From NCBI RefSeq assembly GCF_009834535.1, contig NC_045710.1, forward strand, positions 54,870,001 to 54,934,000: DNA of 64,000 nt. Direction: 5' to 3'. The DNA comes from Camelus ferus. Taxonomy: Eukaryota. Made by a program: the position numbers and the translations under genes. The notes under the pieces were generated by a model. The model ran no database searches. It saw only the letters and a list, made by a program, of their open reading frames with translations, and had not been told where the DNA came from. How positions within the stretch are numbered: the stretch's first letter is position 1; the number at the start of each line of letters is the position of its first letter. Shown in pieces: positions 35,538 to 48,080 of the stretch.

Positions 35538-37181
35538 TCAATCGTCCACCTCTATCTCCTCGTCTGCCAGGTGGAGCCCAGAGTCAGGCCAGGCAGGGCC
35601 GGGGCCGAGGCCCGGGGCGCCGTCAGGCAGCTCCAGGCGGCACTGGATCTCGGGGGACAGCGCGCGCAGCGAGGCCACGTCGGCGCGCATCTCCTCCACG
35701 TCGCGCTTGAGCTTGGCGCGCCGGTTCTGGAACCACGTGACCACCTGCGCGTTGGCCAAGCCGAGCCTCGCCGCCAGCCCGTCGCGCTCGGAAGGCGCCA
35801 GGTACTTCTGGAAGACGAAGCGCCGCTCCAGCTCCAGCACCTGCTGCGCGGTGAACGCCGTGCGTGACTTCCGCCGTCTGCGGCCGGCCGGGCCGGGGCC
35901 CAGCGCGCCTGGGGCTGCGCGGCCTGCGGGGATAGGGCGCGCGTCAGTCTCTAGCCTGCGGGAATCAGGCGTCGGGCCCGGGAGGAAAAGCAGGGATAGG
36001 GGTCAAGCCAGCGAGGCGGGCTTGGTGCGGAACCAGGAAGCGGACAGGAGCCAGAAACGCTGTCCCTTCCCGAACTGTGAGGCGGGGCCGGGAGGTGACC
36101 CCGAGGAGGGGCGCACAAAGTGGAATCGGCAGCTGGGGTACGCTGCAGGCCGAGGGCATCTTGCGGGGACGGGGGAGTGGGAGGAGGATGGGACAAGCCA
36201 GAGAAGACGTCGTGCACTGTCTGAAGGTCTAGGGCGGGGCCTCTGAGGCCTTCCGGAGCCCCTGACGGAGCGGGCTTGCAGATCCGGGCCGGAACCAGGG
36301 AACCAGAGGCGGGGGCTGACCACGGTCATAGTAGCGGCAGCCAACCGGCACGGTGAGTGTAACAGGACCCGGATCGTGCCCCTCGTTAGACTCGTGGGTC
36401 GTGTCGGGCACTCTCGGCTTACTTTTTTTGGTGACACAGGCTCCCCCTCATCGAGCCCGAAAGGAAGAGAGTAGGGTACAAAGGGCGAGGAAAGGCGGAG
36501 TGCGGAGTCCCGCAGCCCTGGCCGTTCCAAGGACCTTCTGTTCCTTGCGCCCTCTCGAGAAGAGAGCGGCTTGGAGCGGAGCTCGGTCACTCGGAGAGGC
36601 CTGAGCCTCGTCTCCCAGCACTTTCTGCGCCGCCCCTGTCCTAGCTCACTCGTTCACAGCCTCCAGCTCAGGCCTTTTGTCTCCTCTCCGACCTTTCTCT
36701 GTCGCGATTGCCCCGCCTACAGCGAACGGACCGACGGGTCGCTCAGTTCTCGACAGACTGGCCCTTCCCCTCGGCGCTGGCGGCCTCCAGGAGCGGCCGC
36801 GGAGCCTGGGAACTAGAGGAGGGGAGGGGGGCAGAGGGAAATACCGGCCCCAGCACGTGGGCTGAGGGCAGGGCTCGAATTTGGGTAGCGGCCAGGGTGA
36901 ACGAAGGATCGGTAACCTGGAGGAGAGAAATGGGGAGAAGGCCAAGTCACAGTGCACGACCTTGCCGGCGCTATACCTTCAGAGGGTTGTGGAGCGTGCC
37001 CATCAAGTCCGCAGAAAGTTTTACTAGTCAGCTCCTCCAGCGCGCACAGCGGCGACGTGGGACCTGGGCTCGACTCTGGAAGCTGCGACGCAGAGGGTCC
37101 TCGGGGAACCATGCGTGGGCCTAGGATGTCTGCGATGCTGAAGGGTGTCCAAGGTGGCCGGGGCTCGGATCCCGAACTCAT
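35538..37181 (-). CDS. LBX2: Ladybird homeobox 2 transcription factor
   Basis: Exon 37181-36977 (MSSGSEP...FSIADIL eh1 motif, SPLCALEELTSKTF) and exon 35923-35538 ([26 protein letters not shown]...WFQNRRAKLKRD...EEIEVDD). 196 aa. Confidence 0.97.
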
Positions 37182-39921
37182 GGCCAGCCGGGCTGTGGCA
37201 GTCCCGCCGCCCACTGCGCTGGGCTCCGCAGCTGCCTGGGCCCCAGCGCGGCTCCCGATCTGGGCCCCCCGACTCGGACCCGCCCCCCGCGCTGGGCCCG
37301 AGCCTCGTGTGCCCCTCCTCCTGCGCCCCCACCCCCCAACCCGGGGCCGCGGTGGGTCTGGAGCTGGTAGAAGTCCAGGCAGCGGTATTTCTACAGGGTG
37401 GGAAGGTATGGAGAGAAACCGGCGGAACAATCCCGCCAGACCCGGCCGTAGGCCAGACACGGCCCCGTGCACACTCGGGCTGGACCCTTCCTGGGCGGCC
37501 CCCAGATTCTGTGTACCACAGACTCCCCGCCTAGCCGCAGCTCTGGCTCATAAACTCGTAGGCAATAAAATCGCTTTCCCTGGCCCCAGCGGCTGGGGAT
37601 TTGCAAAATTCCGAGGAGAGAGAGTAGAGCTGACAGTGCTGGGACCCCCCTAGTCCCAACCTAGTAAGGACCTCTGTCTCCTGACCTGGCCCCCTCGTCC
37701 CGCCCCACCCCTGTGGAACGCTCTTAAAGAGGTCCAGTGCGGCTGGAAATTATTAGCGCGGCGCTGGGGGCTGGGGGACTCAAGACTTGGAAGGACCTGG
37801 CCTGGCAGAGCGACTGCAATCGGGGAATAGTGGGGATGCGGTGGGGAATGAAGCGCGCAGGTTGAGTGGACTCTGCCGGCTCTCTGGCTGGACCCACGGC
37901 TGTCCTGCCGCGTCTCAGAGGTCCTGAGGAAGCCAGAGCACACGGAGAAGGGGCCAGAGACCTGGGCCTCAGGAGAGAGGACACAGCAAACCCGAGCTAG
38001 GGTTACTGCCCAGGAGGGGTCCTCGCCAATGAAGGCTGGCTTCACCGAGGGCCTCCTGCTTACTCTTTAGGTCTACCAGTCCATCTGTCTTTGTTTCTTT
38101 ATTAAGCTCCTGTAATTGGAGTAGGGGTCCCTCAGCCTGGGAGGCCCAGAAACCACCTAGCATCAGCAGCGGTAGGAAGGGCCACTTGGTCACTGCTGAG
38201 AAAAATTATGGTCACTCCCTATAGAAGAGTGACTTGAAGGGCAGAATTTATTTGCCCATCCAAATCCTGGGACAGAAACCCCTGCCTATCCAGGGACAAA
38301 TTCTAAGACGTGGGGTAGTCATTGCTCTTTTATCTGTGTCCTATCTTTCCCTCTTCTCTCCCACACCTATTGTCCTGGGCTCACACCACAGCCCTTCTTA
38401 GTAGGAAGAAAGCAGCTCTGGGTCAGCACTGCTCACCAGTGGAGGCCTCATGGAGAAAGGGTTTTGTTCACAAATCACCTCCCAATGAGCCAGGGAGTTC
38501 ACAGCCCAGAGGCAGAGAAGCCCCACCACCTCTGAGCAACTCACCACCCCTAAGAAACTGCTATGGATTTCCACAGAAGTTTTTGAACAGTGCCATGAAA
38601 ATGTGGGCCGGTCCCTCCTGGACTGTCCATCATGTCACCTTCTCTGTAGACTTCTGTACCTCCCACCATTTGTGCAGTGATCCTCTGGGTCCCCCTGTCT
38701 ATTCCCTGGGGCAAGTGGAGCCTGCAGTTGGGGTGCCTAAACCTGAGCTTGGGAAATCCAAGGCACCTGGGTCAGAGACCCTTTGATAAGGACAGGAAGG
38801 GACTTTGGTAATGGGGGTCAGGGAACCTCGTGTGACCTGAGGCACTGACCTAGCTCACACCCAACAAAGGTGAAGAAACACAGGGTCTTCTTGGTAAAAA
38901 GCTCCCTCCCATGACACCCCTCCATCCCCTAAGACACATCCAGACACTCACATAATACCCTCATGGCAGCCTGAGCAACACAGCCCAGTGGGCCACTGTT
39001 GGGTCAGAGACCAGAGCGTGAAAAGCTGAGATGCCTCAGGATCTTGTTTATTGGTTATTAATGGTGGAGGGTGGAGGAGGGCCAGGAGAAAGCCTCCTAG
39101 TTAGAGGATGCAGCCCTCTGACCCATCCTGGTGGTTTCATTTAATCTGCAATTAAAGGGAATCCCAGGAGGCTGCAGGAACTGCCTAGCTTATATCCCAG
39201 GCCTGTCACCAGACACTACGACCCTCACCCGTGCACCCTCTATGTGGCCTTTATGTTATCTCTTCTGCTCTCAATTACTGTTGTGTATCAGTTGGGGCTC
39301 TCCTGAAGGGCCTTTGCTTTCCTCCCCTTCCGTCTCTCCAACCTTCTCCCCCGAGCAACCAGGCTCAGGAATGGGGTCGGACAGTGGGGTGTGGCAATCT
39401 CCAGATGTGGGTTTGGGGGCAGGAGAGAGATGGAGGACTACTCAAGGGAGGAGCTGCTGGCAGCAGAGCCCAGCTAAAGACATCCCAGCGGCCAGGGACT
39501 TGTCCAGACAATTGTGGGGCCACAGGAGGGGACTTTTCCCAGCAAAGCCCCTGGAACCTGAGCTGGGGAGAAACCAGATCCTCCGAGTGGGTTGGGAGGA
39601 GGGTGAATGATTAATGAGGGAGATTAAGAGATTAAACCTGGGTTCTGGGCTGCCTGAGGCGGGGGTGGCGGGGCGCTCAGCTGTCTCATAGGCTCCCCCC
39701 ACCACACACACACTTTGGGAGTGTTGCTGCCCTCCAGTGTACCTCTTCCCGCCATTCCTCCCACCCCTGTGGTCCAACCCTCTCTGCCTTGTCCTCTAGA
39801 ATTCCCTTTCCTCACCACCCCCATCTTACTTCTCATTCCCTGACACCGTACCTCTTATCCGCCATACCCACCTCAGCCTCTCATCTTGCAGGTTCCTTTA
39901 CTCAGGCCTGCCCTAGATGTA

Positions 39922-39940
39922 CCCCCCCCCCCCCCCCCCC
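39922..39940. repeat. Poly(C)19 homopolymer
   Basis: Read directly from the sequence. Confidence 0.85.
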
Positions 39941-40299
39941 GCCTTGGCATCCCTATCTGCTCAATAAATGGCCTTCAGTCTCCCGGATTTCCCATCCATC
40001 CATTTCTCTCAATTTTGCGAGTGTGCGTGGGGGGTGTGTTTGGGAATCGTCAGAATTACCTCCTTGGGGCAGTGAATAGCTGAGAAGGACAGTCTCAAGA
40101 GATGTGCATGTCCTGTCCTCCCCTCCCCTTGGGGAAAATCCATTAACTAGAGTAAGAGAGAAGCGGCAATTTAGGGAGGAAACTCCAGGCAGAGGAAAGT
40201 GGGGCGGGGCGTCCGTCCATCTCGCACACTTCTGGGATGGTTTCTCTTTCAGAAGTCGTTAATGCAGACGGAGCTGATTCAGACACAATTTTTTTTCTT

Positions 40300-42700
40300 A
40301 CTTCTAGGGCCTAAGGTTTGTGAGTTCTTTTCGGCCCTTTACGCCGGCTCACAAAAAGCTCTGCGCAACCGCCGCGGGAAACCCGCGGGTGTGCGGGCTT
40401 GGGTAGGGAAGCGAGGATGCTCAGACGCTCCCCACCCGCTCACAGGGGTGTGCACCTTGAGACTCACTGTTCCAGGAAAGCCCCTTTTCCCCAGCTCCTC
40501 ATCCCTTCCCACACCCAAGTCCTGGGAGAGACCGGCCAGGATGAGAGGGACTGGTCCCCCTCTGCGCCAAAGGCAGGAGCAAATCTCGGTGCCCCCTTCC
40601 CCAGGTAAGTGTGGACCGCGGAAACGGCTAGGTGAGGAAGGGCAGGGGCCAGGCAGGCTTGGCCCTGCAGGTGAGGACTAATGCCTCCACCCTGAAGCCT
40701 CGGTCCTGGGCGCCCAGGAAAGGGAGGGCCGCGCACCGGGGCGGCTTCGCTTTGAATGCCGCGCACAGGAGAATCTTGGGCTTGATTCGCCCGCCCTGGC
40801 GCAGATCAAGACCCGGGTGACCCCGAGGGACAAGGTCTGCGTGGGACAAGCCAGGCAGGAGAGTAATGAGCCCATGGATGGAGGGAGAGCAGCACGGTGC
40901 CTGCAGCCGGCCTGCATCAGCCACCTCGGGAGACGCCCGGCAGCTGCGACCCCACCGCTGGCCGCTGACAGACAAAAAGAAGGCTCTGCTGAGCTGGTGG
41001 CGAGGCGGACAGCCGCTTCATCCCAGATCGCCTTCCGCTGCTTCTTGGCCACAAGCCAGGCCTCATCCCCAGGCTTGGTCCTCAGGCGGGCCTCGGGCAG
41101 CCTTATCTTCTGACTGGACGTGCTAGGCGCCAATCTGCCGCCAAACCCCATCTGACTACGCCCAAGTTCCTGGGGCCCCTGTTAAATACCCAGGGGCATT
41201 TCTATTCGCCTTACCTTCATCCCATCCCCCTCCAGCCCGCATTTCTTCCTCTGGAGTCACTCCTTGGAAATACCCTTTTACACACAAATGTCTTGAGAAC
41301 AACCAGAGCGCAGTGGTCTTGGGAGTCCCCAGAGGAGAAGAGAGCAGGAAATCCTGAGATAGACAGAATTCATCCCAAACCTCAAGATGTATGCTGGTGG
41401 GGAGGCAGGCCGCAGACAGTGGAAGAAGCCCTGATTCTAACTAAGGGAGGGCATCCTGGAGGAGGTGACACTTAGGCCTTCCAAGGACAGCTCAGTATGG
41501 CAGGGGAGACATTCCAGGCATGAGGCCGGAGACATGGGAAGCTTTAGGAATCTTGGAGTGGTGTCAGGAAGGAATCGGGCCTGGGCCAGTGGCTCTGCAG
41601 TGTCCCCATCCCAGTCCCCACTGCCTGCCCAGTGCACACGAAGGGCTCTTCCTTGCTGTCTGCAGTCTAACCACAGGTGCCATTCTCTTGGCCTACGAGC
41701 ATCATCCCAGGCGTACTGTGCTCTGGGAGACAGCCCAGGTGTTTACCTCCCAAGTCACTGTCTCTCTCAGCCAGTTCAGGCTGCCTTTACTATTCCCGTC
41801 CCGAGTTCTCTGCCACATAATCTCTGATCTTCAATCTCCATCTGGGGAAATTCAGGTGCCTTCAGCCCTCACCAGCTATTTCCAACGACCCCCTTGAATT
41901 AATGGGGTCAGACTTCGGGCAGTGTGAGATTTAGGCTTTAAAATCAGGTTCTGGCCACATTTATGCCACCTGCGCCATCCTGTTTGTCTCAGATTCCACA
42001 GCAGCCCATTAGGTTCCTTCAGGAATGCCTTGCATTGGCCTCCAGCCTCTCCTGTTACTGTCTGGCTCATACAGACAAGGAAAACTTGCTGCTTCCCTCT
42101 TGTTCCTTAAAGCTGCCTCTCCTGAGCACCAGCTTCCTCTCCTCCTCAACTCCCTGGCTTCGCCCAGCCCAGGTTTCTGAAGACCCACCAAATCTTGTAT
42201 GGATTGCCAGGTTTCCAACTGTGACTATCCCTGGTGTGGTCTTGCGTCCCAGTTTTTCAAGGACTCCTCCCCACATAGTGCAATTCTTTGTATTTTCTTT
42301 AAAATATCACTTCCTCAGCCCTGCAGTGGCCACTGTCCAACCCTAGCCCCACTCTTGAATTAGGATACCTCCACTCAGGCCTGCATCATATGTGGCAACA
42401 TTCAAGGACAGTGAGTGCTCCCCTTCCCTTCACCAAAAAGAAGCTGATTTGCATGACCTGGTTTCACTTAGCTCACCTTCTGAGTTTTACATACGTAGGG
42501 TCCTCTACCACTCTCCTTTGGCAATTCACTGAGGGACCACCGACAAAGAGAGGCCCTCCTTCTTGATGAAACTCCAGAGGATTTCTCAAGAGGGAAGCAG
42601 GTCACAGGACAAAGCATGCGTGTGGCAGAACAAAAAGGGAAAAGAGAGATGCTTTTTAAAAGTTTTTATTTCAAAAAATAAAGCCGAGGTTAATTTCACA
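40300..42700 (+). ncRNA. Candidate ortholog of LBX2-AS1 antisense lncRNA
   Basis: CpG-rich segment 40300-41130 with no coding gene, perfect + strand donor CAG|GTAAGT at 40604/40605, + strand AATAAA at 42677-42682. The position between LBX2 and the PCGF1 3' end matches the recalled human LBX2-AS1 location. No transcript evidence. Confidence 0.35.
42665..42670 (-). terminator. Probable PCGF1 poly(A) signal
   Basis: TTTATT on + strand, 78 nt beyond the stop. Confidence 0.7.
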
Positions 42701-42747
42701 TAAATATCTGGGAGGGAAGGGGGAGGGGTGGGGTGGGGGCTTGGCCC

Positions 42748-44947
42748 CTACCTCCTCTTCTCTTTTACACTGTATTGTAAAAGCAAAGGGGATGGCTAAG
42801 GAGAGAACAAGGGGAGGAGGTAGTTAGCAGGAACGTTCCTACCCAAAAGGCCGCCTCAGCCCACCCCTGCCCTGGGGACTGCCTTGGCACTGGCTCACCT
42901 TGCCGAACCAGCGGGAGAGCCATATCTGCTTCATGGTCATGTGATCAGGGAGAACTTCATTGTCAAAAAGGAGCTGCACCTAGGCGGGAGATGGGGGCAC
43001 AGTTTTAGGAACTCTCCTCCTGTGTAGGTCAAGAACTACCCTGGTCTACCCCAGACTGTGTTCCTCCTTTTTTAGTCCCTTCTTCCCTGCCCCAGAAAAC
43101 CCTGCTGTGGGAATACTCACATGCTGGGGATTCAGCATCAAGCGGTGACATAAGACCCTCCGGAGATGGCGAACCTCAGCTCTAACAGAACATCGGACAT
43201 ATTTGTTCTGGGGGGTCAGAAGGGAAAGGAAGAGGACAAGGTGTGTGAGGGAAGGGCCATGGGGAGGTAAGTCTCCTTAGAGAGCCCCTCCCTTCAGCCC
43301 CTCTCACCTGCAGGATGCTTTTACTCTTGTCTTTGCCAGAACTGAGGGGAAACAGACACAGGTTAGGGAGCCCTATCTTTCCCCTGCCCCCCACCCAGAG
43401 CCAAGATATACTCTCTTCAAGGGAAATAGACACTCCTTCACTGCTCGGTCCCACCCTGTGCCCCTCTCTGGCTCTGGGTCATTGTCACTGTCACTTCAGA
43501 TGGTCCATGACCTGCCCCTCACCTCAGCCGCTCCAGACATAGGCTCAGCTGCTCATCATAGCGATAGTAGTGGGCTTTGGAGTGGTCGAAGCTGCTGAAG
43601 GGGAGGCCGAGGTTGCTCAGGGCTGGCTCTGAGAAAGACGGAGTAGTGAGGAGGGTGGCACATGTTCCATACTCCTTCTTCCCCAGGGAGCAAAACTGGG
43701 CAGGAGGAATGCTCTGGGGCTTTACCTTACCCTCCTGCCACCAAGGGACATACCTTCCCCGCTGGGTTGGGTGACTCGGTCCAAGCCTCGGGACTGGTAG
43801 AATTCTCGGATCCGTTTCTCTTCACCTAGAAGGGAGTGGAGTGTGGGAAGTAGAGGCCCTCCTGCACTCTTTGTCCTTTTAGCTGTCAGCCTCTTTACCT
43901 CCATGATTCCCACCAAAGCCCTTGTCACCATAACCTGCCACCCCGCATCAGCCCTCTAGAGACCCCTCAAAGTCAGGCTGGTCACTCACTGTCTTGCAAA
44001 CCAGGCACTAGCTTGTACACGATGTCCTGCATGACCCGGTCCAGCTTGAGGTTGAGCAGTGGCTGTGTCTCGTGGATCTTGATGTTGCACATGGGGCAGT
44101 ACTTGCTGGTTTGGAGGTACTTCACAATACAGCTCTTGCAGACTGCACGAAGAGAAAAGTAGATTCTCAGGCCCTCTGGAAATCGAGTTCATGGGCTGAG
44201 TCGGGGTGCCTGGGTGGTTGGGGAAGCAGCCTAGAGGTTTGGCAGCCGGTTTGGCAGCCAGTTTGGCGGGGAGTAGGGCCTGGAAGAACCAGCCAGAGTC
44301 CAGAGCACTCACACGTATGAAGACACTCTGTGATGGTGGTGGCGTCCACGAAGTAGCCTGCGCACAAGCAGCAGACGATGTGCTCATTTAAGTCTTTGAT
44401 CTTTACTCGGACCTCCTCCTGCAAACACAACCTCGGTCAACGATCACTCCCCCAACCCCAACCCCAACCCCAACCCGTGTGCCTTCACAACTTAGAAGTC
44501 ACCTCTCATTGTATCCCAAGGCCAAGCCCCGCACCCTGCGCGGTTAGCTGAGAATTAGCTCCCGAGGGCTGGCACTCCCCTTCTGCCCGGCAGAGGGCTC
44601 CGTGCACAGCTGGGGTTCGGTTTACGTGGACTCTCCCGACTTTCCTTTCCCAGGGGAGACTACAAGACGTAGGCAGCACAATGCGCAGGCGTCCTAGCCC
44701 GGAGTTTGGCAACCCAACCGCAATCGCGCAGGCGCATTGGGCACCCTGCCTCTGCGCAGGCGCACTGGGCGCTCGGCCAGCCACCGCCCGTCCTCTAGCC
44801 GGCCCCAGTTCGCACCGCTAGCCGACCACAGTGATAACCCTGCCGCCCCTGCACCTCGTTTCGTAGCGGGTCCATCTTGTACACTGACTGGAGCTGGTTC
44901 CGAAGCCTCATCGCGATCGCAATCTGGCCCCCCTGAGGAGACGCCAT
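42748..44947 (-). CDS. PCGF1: Polycomb group RING finger protein 1 (NSPc1; RING plus RAWUL domain)
   Basis: Exons 44947-44855, 44418-44313 (HIVCCLCAGYFVDATTITECLHT), 44142-43990, 43825-43754, 43628-43523, 43341-43308, 43207-43121, 42979-42899, 42795-42748 (PSPLLLQYSVKEKRR*). 780 nt = 259 aa. Confidence 0.98.
44450..44476 (-). repeat. (TTGGGG)4-type hexamer repeat in PCGF1 intron 1
   Basis: (CCCCAA)4CCC on the + strand. Confidence 0.9.
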
Positions 44948-45120
44948 CTTAAAGGCTGATCCAGGCCTGCCACTTCCGGTGCCGCCTGCGGGGCGGGACT
45001 TGTCGCTTCGCAACGAAGGCTTAAGTCTTTTCGGATTCGCTGACCCTCTGTAATGCCCCGCCCACGTCCCTTTCTCCCCGTGCGCTCACCTGAGCCTCAC
45101 TGGCCCCTCCCCCTCCTCAA
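44948..45120 (-). promoter_or_regulatory. PCGF1 promoter
   Basis: CACTTCCGG ETS site at 44971-44979, GC boxes, and a YY1-like AAGATGGCG overlapping the ATG. Confidence 0.65.
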
Positions 45121-45809
45121 TCTGTAATTAGGGAGTAGGGGGCGCGTAGGAAGGGGTCCTATCTCATTGACCTGTTGTAGTAATCATCATAATAGACCCT
45201 ACACGACCTCGGGACTAACTTTTGGAGCCTGCAAAAGACCCCCACCTTCTACCCCGACAGGCCCGGCGGTCTTCGCCCGCCACCGCTCACGGTCGTCTAT
45301 CTCCTGTGACGACATCCCCGCTAAAGAAGCCCCTCCGGGCCTTCTACTTCTAGTGCAGCCCTCCTCGGCTGACGCGTCCGCGTTACGGAGCTTCATACCG
45401 ATGGCGGGCCTTCTCCCGGCTCCACAGCGGGAGTTTCTTGGGGCTATGCGAAATCTCGGAGAGGGTGGCGGGGAGGGAGGGACCTCCAGGGACTTGGTAG
45501 TGATCTTACCCCCGCCCCTTCTTCCCCGCTGCCGCCGAGAATTGGGGCAGGGGGGGCAGGCCCTGGTTAATGATGATGATTCAATCACCGGCGCCTGCGG
45601 AGGCCTGGGACAGACTAATGCAGAGCAGATGCCCAAGGAGGAGGGGAGGGCGGCTAGGACACTACCGCACACAGACACGCTGAGGCAGAGAGCTTCTGCA
45701 GTAGCATAGGCCCAGTCTTGTACTTGGGGAGGACGTCGGGGCCCTAGAGCTGGTACATCGATGTCCCTGGGCAAAACAGAGATTAGAAAACGAGACAAAA
45801 CAAAACAAG

Positions 45810-45862
45810 GATAAGATTACTATGAGTCAAAAAAAAAAAAAAAAAAGATAAGATTACTATGA
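45810..45862 (+). mobile_element. Solo poly(A) insertion with 16-bp TSD
   Basis: GATAAGATTACTATGA at 45810-45825 and 45847-45862 flanks GTC+A18. Confidence 0.75.
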
Positions 45863-46199
45863 AGTATTAACATCAAGTGCAATTGGAGACTCAAGAAAGG
45901 AGAGATCCCAGTAGAGACCCTGAAAGACTTTCAGGAGGAAGTGGGATTTGTGTGGGTAAAATTTAGAGACTAGGGGTGCGGGTAGGGGTGAGAAGTGTGG
46001 TGGGAATAGAAAAGAAAGGCAAAGTGGAGGGGAATGAAAGGAGCGGGAATTATAAGGAGGCCAAGATGTAGATTTGAGAGTAGGGATCGAAGCAGCAGGG
46101 CCTTATGGAATTGGGACTATAGCCTGAGGGCACTAGGTAACTAAAATACGTTTTTGTAGGGAGGGAGTTATCCTATGAAAGAAACATATTTGTTCATTT

Positions 46200-48080
46200 G
46201 TCTTCAGAGTGAATTAGAGTGGATAAGCAGCAGGAAGTTATGAGTTTAGTGAGTTTTTAATCAGCTACTTCTCACTACAGCCACTGCTTATCTCCCTGGT
46301 CCGAGATGCTATCACCTCTCTTCTGGATAATTACAGTGGCATCTTGCCTCCTTTCTTTACCCCTCTTTAGCTTATACTCAACGTAGCAGTTCAGAGTGAT
46401 TCTGGTAAAAACATACAAAAAAGGATACAAGGAAAGCTTTTGAGTTGATGGATATTTATTATCTTGATTATGTTGATGACTTCATGGGTGTAAACATGTC
46501 AACTTATCAAACTGTACACTTTAAATATATATAGATTATTGTATGTATTTTACCTTAAGGAAGCTGTTTAAAATAAAATTTGAAAATAAGTTGCCTTACT
46601 CTTCTGTTTAAAACCTTGCAATAGCTTCCCTTTTCAATTAGAATAAAAACCCAACTCCTTACAGCGGTCAAGGCCTTTCATGGTCTCTTGCAGTCACTGC
46701 GTCTCTCCAGCCACACTGGATCCCTCACTGTTTGTCCCACAGATACACTAGGATATATTCCCACTGTGTCTCCAACTTGAAATGCTCAGATATCCAAATG
46801 GTCATTTTCTTCCTTTTGGTTTTTACTGCATGAGGCCTTCTGTGATCAGTCTAGATAAATCATAATTCCCCACTCTTACACTTCTTCTTCCCCTTCCTTG
46901 CTTTATTTTTTTATTAGCATTTTTATTATTAAGCATGTTTTATATATTTTCTTGTTTTTCACCTGCCTTCCCCACTAGAATGTAAACTGCTCAATGGCAG
47001 TGATTGTTGTTGTTGTATTTACAGCTGTATCTCCAGTGTCAGGCACATAGTAGGTGTTCAATCAAAATTTTCTGGATGAATACATGCATGTAGGTGATGG
47101 TGGTGATGATGGCCTACATTAGCCTTTTTATCTGTGGAAATGGAAAGGAAGGGATATAGATGAAACATTTCAAAGGAAAGAATAATAAGAGGAAGTGAAT
47201 AAGGAGCTTGAGGGGAAGCATGTCCTCCAGCCTTTTGCACTTAAGGTGGCTACAGCAAAAGCAGATGGAGCTGACCTGAAAACTAGAATGGTGGGGTGGA
47301 GTACAGCAAATGTCAGAACCAGGGACAGAGGTCTGAGAGTTTTCTTGGTAAATGTAATAGATGGAACTATTGGAGTGGGTGAAACCTGAACTGATGTAGA
47401 GATGGGTAAAGCTGAAGTCTGAGCTCTGAAGAATGTTCACAGTCTTCAGTGGAAGAAGAAAAGTCAGTGGAGGGAAAACATAAGCATTGACTGTAAATGT
47501 CTAAAGATGTAGAATAAGACCAATATTACAGAAGCTAAAAGAAGGGACATTTTAAGAAATAGTTGATGGTCAACAACACCAAAAACTGTTTCAGAGAAGT
47601 TCCGGATAATAGACACCGGACACTGGAGCTCTCTGAGAAAGGGTCCACGTAGTGAAGCCAGCTTGCAGTGGGTGAAAAGAATAAATAATGAGGAAAGGGA
47701 GGCCGTGGGTATGGGCAGTAAAAGGGAAAAAGAAAAAACATAATTTCTCTTGAAGAGTTAGGCAAAGACTTCGTTCAGATAATAGAGACCTAAAACAGTT
47801 GTGGGTAGGAAGGACTAAGTTGATGAGAGAAATGATGATACAAGAATTGGGACCATCTCGAGGGAAAGACACCAGATCAGGAGCAGAAAGGAAGAGAAGA
47901 CGCGGGAGCACAGGCTGGGAACATGGCCTCTCCTTGTGAAGCTGCGGTTTGAAGGCATGAAAACTTGATGAGTTGAGTGGCCATGTGCATGTAGGAAGGA
48001 TGTGGTGAGATGGATCCAAGGCAGTGTGTATGGGAGGTGGAGGTGCTGACCCCAGAGCCTCCATCTTCAACATAAACTAG
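46200..48080. mobile_element. Degenerate L2 fragments between PCGF1 and TLX2
   Basis: L2-like blocks (CCCCACTAGAATGTAAACTGCTCAATGGCAG...TCTCCAGTGTCAGGCACATAGTAGGTGTTCAATCAAA; purine-rich L2 ORF2 remnants). Confidence 0.55.
46430..46590 (+). mobile_element. L1M 3' fragment nested in an L2
   Basis: TTGATGGATATTTATTATCTTGATTATGTTGATGACTTCATGGGTGTAAACATGTCAACTTATCAAACTGTACACTTTAAATAT. Confidence 0.7.

Noticed and set aside
35386-36246. 286-aa + strand ORF antisense to LBX2 (likewise 6394-7071, 51709-52911, 59505-60065, 10819-11364, 25160-25726)
   Set aside because: Shadow ORFs on GC-rich coding sequence or CpG islands; Arg/Pro/Gly/Ala-rich, with no recognisable domain, often a non-ATG start.
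36345-36358. Consensus + strand donor ACG|GTGAGT inside the LBX2 intron
   Set aside because: No supporting partner acceptor, TSS or poly(A) evidence; isolated consensus donors are common.
45167-45798. Overlapping 180- and 199-aa ORFs upstream of PCGF1
   Set aside because: Non-ATG starts, low-complexity composition, CpG-island context, and no splice structure or family similarity.
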